The position numbers were made by a program, and so were the translations under genes. Shown here piece by piece: positions 55,401-61,400 of a stretch of DNA of 64,000 bases. The stretch lies in assembly GCA_053919585.1 (NCBI GenBank), contig CM132790.1; one strand, given 5' to 3'. The notes under the pieces were generated by a model. It saw only the letters and a program-made list of their open reading frames with translations. It ran no database searches and had not been told where the DNA came from. Every line of letters starts with the position of its first letter. Position 1 is the stretch's first letter. The stretch is from Euprymna scolopes (taxonomy: Eukaryota).

Positions 55401-58400
55401 TGAAAGGAAAGCGTTTCCCAGATGATGCGGCCTTGATTTCTGTAGTCACGTCGTGGTTGGAGGACCAACCTGGGGTGTTCTACAAAAACCGTCTCCAGAG
55501 CTGTATCAAACAATGGGAGAAATGCATAACTCTGGGTTGTTTCTATGTAGAGAAAGACTAATAATTGTGCCAAGTTTCGTTGCTCTACTGCTATAGGAAG
55601 TGGGTCAGGGGCATTACTTATTGCACGCCCCTCGTAATTTCTTAGTGACAGTCTATTCTTCTGTTCTCTGAATTCTTTTCTGACAGGGCTCAGATTGGAT
55701 AGCTGCAAAGCTTTTTCTGTAAATCCAATTTTTCAGTTTTTCTTTGCCATCATTTTCAGTTGTCACTCTCAGTTTTGTTGACATTCTCTAGAGAGTTAGA
55801 AGTTTCAGTATTTACTTTCACATTGAGTTACGGCCTTCATGAAGTATAGCAGATCTATATTATTTGGATATTTTATATGTCGCGTTTGCCTAGCGAGATG
55901 ATTCCTTGAAATTTAATCTACCGTTACTATATTGTCCCATTGACTAATATACACTCATTAACCCTTATCCCTTTTTTTTTTACAAGGGTGTCACCACTTA
56001 TCAAGGCCCAGAGGCCACTCGAGGATAAGGATTAATAGGTATACATTAGTCATTGTGATTATAGCATAGTAAACAGTGGGAATTTTGAAACTTGGATTAC
56101 TTAGGGGGACGATTCAATTAGAACTTGTTCACATTGGACATTTTTTTTTCATAGGTATCAACTCATTATCAAGGCCAAGAGGCCACTCAAGGATAAGGGT
56201 TAAAGAGTGTACAGTAGAAATTGGACAATATAATAATCATTAGTAATGAAAATTTGTTAAATTTGATAACTTATATGGAACGGCTCATCAAGAACTTATT
56301 TACGTTAGACTTGAAGACAACCATATTGTAGTCAGCCCTTGGGCCTTGATTAGTGGTGACTTCTTTATAAAAAAGAAAATGCTTTTTTTTTAAAATTCTT
56401 AGCGTTCACGTACGCTTTAATCCGAGCGGTCGTTACAAGGTTCTTTATTTGTGCATGTTCGCCGATTATTTTTCTTTCTATCATCTCAGAGCCGGTTAAA
56501 GATTCTTATCCTCCGCCCCTAAATTCAACAGAGATTAGAGCATTCCTGTAATGACCTGGTCCCTGTTGATTGCAGTGCAATGCTGGTTCTGTGCAGTTCT
56601 AGGAGGTCCACCCTCCCAGGCTTTGTCTTCTCTCTTTGAAAAGGGGTTAATTTATTGCTACATGCAGACATGTTGCCAAAGTTGATAAAAGAAATCAATT
56701 GCAATATATTAAAAAAAAATTAAATCATGGCTGATTTGCTAATTTCCAAGATATACAATTAATTTCTGATTTATTTTAAACTTCCCTTTAAATAAACGAT
56801 TTCACATTCGTTCTAAAACATACAAGTTATGAGTTGATATAACTTTGCAAACAACTACAATCATCGTTGGGACAATATGTTAGATATACCCTCGGATAGT
56901 TTATATATTTAATGAAATGGAAAATCTATATATGAGCCGATGGAAACCGGCTATCAACTGCCTGATCAAACGTGTTAAAAGCCAAATAATTAGTATCATG
57001 TATCATGTATATGAAAAGAAAAACTGCAAAATATTTGTTACAATAAGAAATAGAGAGAAAAAGAGTAATTACGTGGTTGGGTGGTTGTAGTTACAGCTGG
57101 TAGTGAAGTAGTCACAGGTGTAATGGTTGTTGTAACACCAGGGGTAAGCGTTGTGACAGCTGGAGTAGTCGAAGTTGGAGGTACAGTGGTTGCTAAAGAT
57201 GCGAGAGCAAAATGTAAAAAAAAAATGTATAATTTGTGTATATCAATTGAAAATGAATGAAATGATTTTTATTCTTTTGTGCTTAATTCAGTTCGTCCTT
57301 TGTGGCTCAGGTCATACAGTTAGTATCTTTCTCAACCACAAACTGCACATAATAATTACTGGGATAGGCGAGTTGAGGGGGGTACAAGATGTTGAGACTG
57401 TTGAAGTCTTAGAAGTTCTCAGACAGATACTTCTAAAATTTTCCCAGATATTTGACACAAAACAGAATTCTGTCGATATACGTATGGCCTTTTCGCGGCA
57501 TAATCATGCTCATACACTAGTACTCGTTAGACCAACGGGTCAGCAACGCCAAGCTTGGTCAGTACCAAATGAGTGATTATTTAGTAATATCAGGCGCTAT
57601 ATATAGGAGGACATCGACCCCCTCTGAAAAAACTGCAAAATTCTAACGTAGTCATTTCTAAGCGACTGAGAACCGCTTGTGAATTTGATATTCTCACCAG
57701 TTCAACCCGCCCGCCCGCTGCTTTCTCTCGGCTACCATCTCTATCCAGTGTTTGAAAATAGTGGATAAAAACTTAGTGTCGTCTGAATTTAATCTGAACC
57801 GTTTTTTGAAGATGGGCAGCATGATGTGATCTCCGCATGAACCACACCCAAAGAACATCGCAGTGTGAGGGAATTTAGATTAAATGATCGATAAAATTCT
57901 TGCGTACTGTAGGCTAACCATTAGTTGTTTTGCGTCTTGTGTAACTGATCCCAAGAAAAGTAAGAGCATCCACGTTTGATCGGGGTTTTGACCTTGTTGA
58001 GAAATTTATTGGGCATGATCAGTGAGTAGTTGACCCTCGCGACTTTTGCATGAGGAGTAGCGGAGGTCATAATTAAGCACGTTCTTCCTAGTCGCCGCTT
58101 CAATCCCAACTCTCTCGTCAAGATCCACATTGCCTTGGCTGAATTTTGCTGTATCTTTTTTCATTTCCTCTGTGAATTTCGCTGTGCGAACACAATCAGA
58201 GTGCATGCTTGATCCTTCTTTATAGTCACTACTTCCAAATTTCTGGCTAAATTTTCACGCTCACTTGTCACCACCTTCAAGATATTGAGCTGTGACTAAG
58301 ATTTCCAAATCATCACGATGCATGTAACTCTCTTCTAATATTCCAAATGCTTTCTCGTTGTCTTTGTTTTTCAGCTCTAAAATAGAGCTGAAAAACAAAG

Positions 58401-61400
58401 ACAACGAGAAAGCATTTGGAATATTACCAATATTGCACAGAAACTTTATCCCTTTCCACTTTACTGCTATTAAATGCATCAAATAGTTTCGAACATAAAA
58501 TTATCAAACTTATCTCGAAAACACTGTATTTCCGTGAGACTCGACGCTTTCACAATTACAAAGAATTCATTATTCTAAAACGTAATGCATTCAAATTAAT
58601 TCAAACCATTTGAATACTAACACATATTAAAAAAATAAAAGTACAAACGTACGATAAAGTATTTTGAAAATTTAAAGAAAACAAGATTTATCTATTCTAG
58701 AATCTGGTAAAAATTAAATCATTAAGAATAAAGACATATTAAAAAGAAATGACAAATACAACGATAAGATACGCTTTTATATGTAGTAAAAAAACGATAA
58801 AAACGTATTCATACTTACTAGATTCTACGGTACAGATTTTAGTCGATACTTTGATGACACACGGTTTTGTAGGGTCAACTGGCACAATTGTGATTTTTAT
58901 AATAGTTTTATTAGTGTCTGGTGGAATAGTTACTAATTCATCTGGAAGAGACGGAAATACATATTCTGTTGGAGGGGTAATTCTTGCAGGAGTTGTGAAT
59001 CCGGGTAAAAGTGTTACTGGTGAGCTAGCACTTGGCAAAATACCTGCTGGTGTGCTTACACCTGGTAAAAGTCCGGATGGTGTGCTAGCTTGAGGCAACA
59101 GTCCTAATGATGTGGTGGCTCCTGGCAATACTTCTGCAGGTGTGCTAGAGCCTGATACAAGTCCCCCTGCTGTTGTGCTAGCAGCTGGTAAATATCCTGA
59201 TGGTGTGGTAACACCAGGTACTAATCTTGCCGGTGTGCTGGCTCCTGGTAGGAGTCCTCCTGATGGTGTAGTTGCACCAGGTACTAATCCTGCCGGTGTA
59301 CTTGCTCCTGGTAGAAGACCTCCTGCCGGTGTGGTGGCTCCTGGTAAAAGTCCTCCTGATGGTGTAGTAGCACCAGGCACTAATACTTCCGGTGTACTTG
59401 CTCCTGGTAGAAGACCTCCTGCCGGTGTGGTGGCTCCTGGTAAAAGTCCACCTGATGGTGTAGTAGCACCAGGTACTAATCCTGCCGGTGTACTTGCTCC
59501 TGGTAGAAGACCTCCTGCCGGTGTGGTTGCTCCTGGTAAAAGTCCTTCTGATGGTGTAGTACCACCAGGTACCAATACTGCCGGTGTGGTAGCTCCTGGT
59601 AGAAGTCCTCCTGCTGGTGTGGTTGCTCCTGGTAAAAGTCCCCCTGATGGTGTAGTAGCACCAGGTACCAATCCTGCCGGTGTGGTGGCTGCTGGTAGAA
59701 GACCTCCTGTCGGTGTGGTGGCCCCTGGTAAAAGTCCTCCTGATGGTGTTGTAGCACCAGGTACTAATCCTGCCGGTGTGGTGGCTGCTGGCAGTAGACC
59801 TCCTGCCGGTGTGGTAGCTCCTGGTAAAAGTCCTCCTGATGGTGTTGTAGCACCAGGTACTAATCCTGCCGGTGTGGTAGCTCCTGGTAAAAGTCCACCT
59901 GATGGTGTAGTAGAACCAGGTACCAATACTGCCGGTGTGGTAGCTCCTGGTAAAAGTCCTCCTGATGGTGTTGTAACACCAGGTACTAATCCTGCCGGTG
60001 TGCTTACTCCTGGGAGAAGACCTCCTGCTGGTGTGGTGGCTCCTGGTAAAAGTCCTCCTGATGGTGTAGTAGCACCAGGTACTAATCCTGCCAGTGTGGT
60101 TGCTCCTGGTAGAAGTCCTCCTGCTGGTGTGGTGGCTTCTGGTAAAAGTCCTCCTGATGGTGTAGTAGCACCAGGTACCAACCCTGCCGGTGTGGTTGCT
60201 CCTGGTAGAAGTCCTCCTGCTGGTGTGGTTGCTCCTGGTAAAAGTCCACCTGATAGTGTAGTAGCACCAGGTACCATTCCTGCCGGTGTGGTAGCTCCTG
60301 GTAAAAGTCCACCTGATGGTGTAGTAGCACCAGGTACCAATCCTGTCGGTGTGGTGGCTCCTGGTAAAAGTCCTCCTAATGGTGTTGTAGCACCAGGTAC
60401 TAATCCTGCCGGTGTGCTTGCTCCTGGTAGAAGACCTCCAGTCGGTGTGGTGGCTCCTGGTAAAAGTCCTCCTGATGGTGTAGTAGCACCAGGTACCAAT
60501 CCTGCCGGTGTGGTTGCTCCTGGTAGAAGTCCTCCTGCTGGTGTGGTGGCTCCTGGTAAAATTCCTCCTGATGGTGTAGTAGCACCAGGTACCATTCCTG
60601 CCGGTGTGGTAGCTCCTGGGAAAAGTCCACCTGATGGTGTAGTAGCACCAGGTACCAATCCTGTCGGTGTGGTGGCTCCTGGTAAAAGTCCTCCTAATGG
60701 TGTTGTAGCACCAGGTACTAATCCTGCCGGTGTGCTTGCTCCTGGTAGAAGACCTCCAGTCGGTGTGGTGGCTCCTGGTAAAAGTCCTCCTGATGGTGTA
60801 GTAGCACCAGGTACCAATCCTGCCGGTGTGGTTGCTCCTGGTAGAAGTCCTCCTGCTGGTGTGGTGGCTCCTGGTAAAATTCCTCCTGATGGTGTAGTAG
60901 CACCAGGTACCAATCCTGCCGGTGTGGTTGCTCCTGGTAGAAGTCCTCCTGATGGTGTAGTAGCACCAGGTACCAATCCTGCCGGTGTGGTTGCTCCTGG
61001 TAGAAGTCCTCCTGCTGGTGTGGTTGCTCCTGGTAAAAGTCCACCTGATGTTGTAGTAGCACCAGGTACCAATCCTGCCGGTGTGGTTGCTCCTGGTAAC
61101 AGTCCTCCTGATGGTGTAGTAGCACCAGGCACCAGTCCTGCCGGTGTGGTTGCTCCTGGTAGAAGTCCACCTGATGGTGTAGTAGCACCAGGTACCAATC
61201 CTGCCGGTGTGGTTGCTCCTGGTAAAAGTCCACCTGATGGTGTAGTAGCACCAGGTACCAATCCTGCCGGTGTGGTTGCTCCTGGTAGAAGTCCTCCTGC
61301 TGGTGTGGTTGCTCCTGGTAAAAGTCCACCTGATGGTGTAGTAGCACCAGGTACTAATCCTGCCGGTGTGGTGGCTCCTGGTAAAAGTCCACCTGATGGT

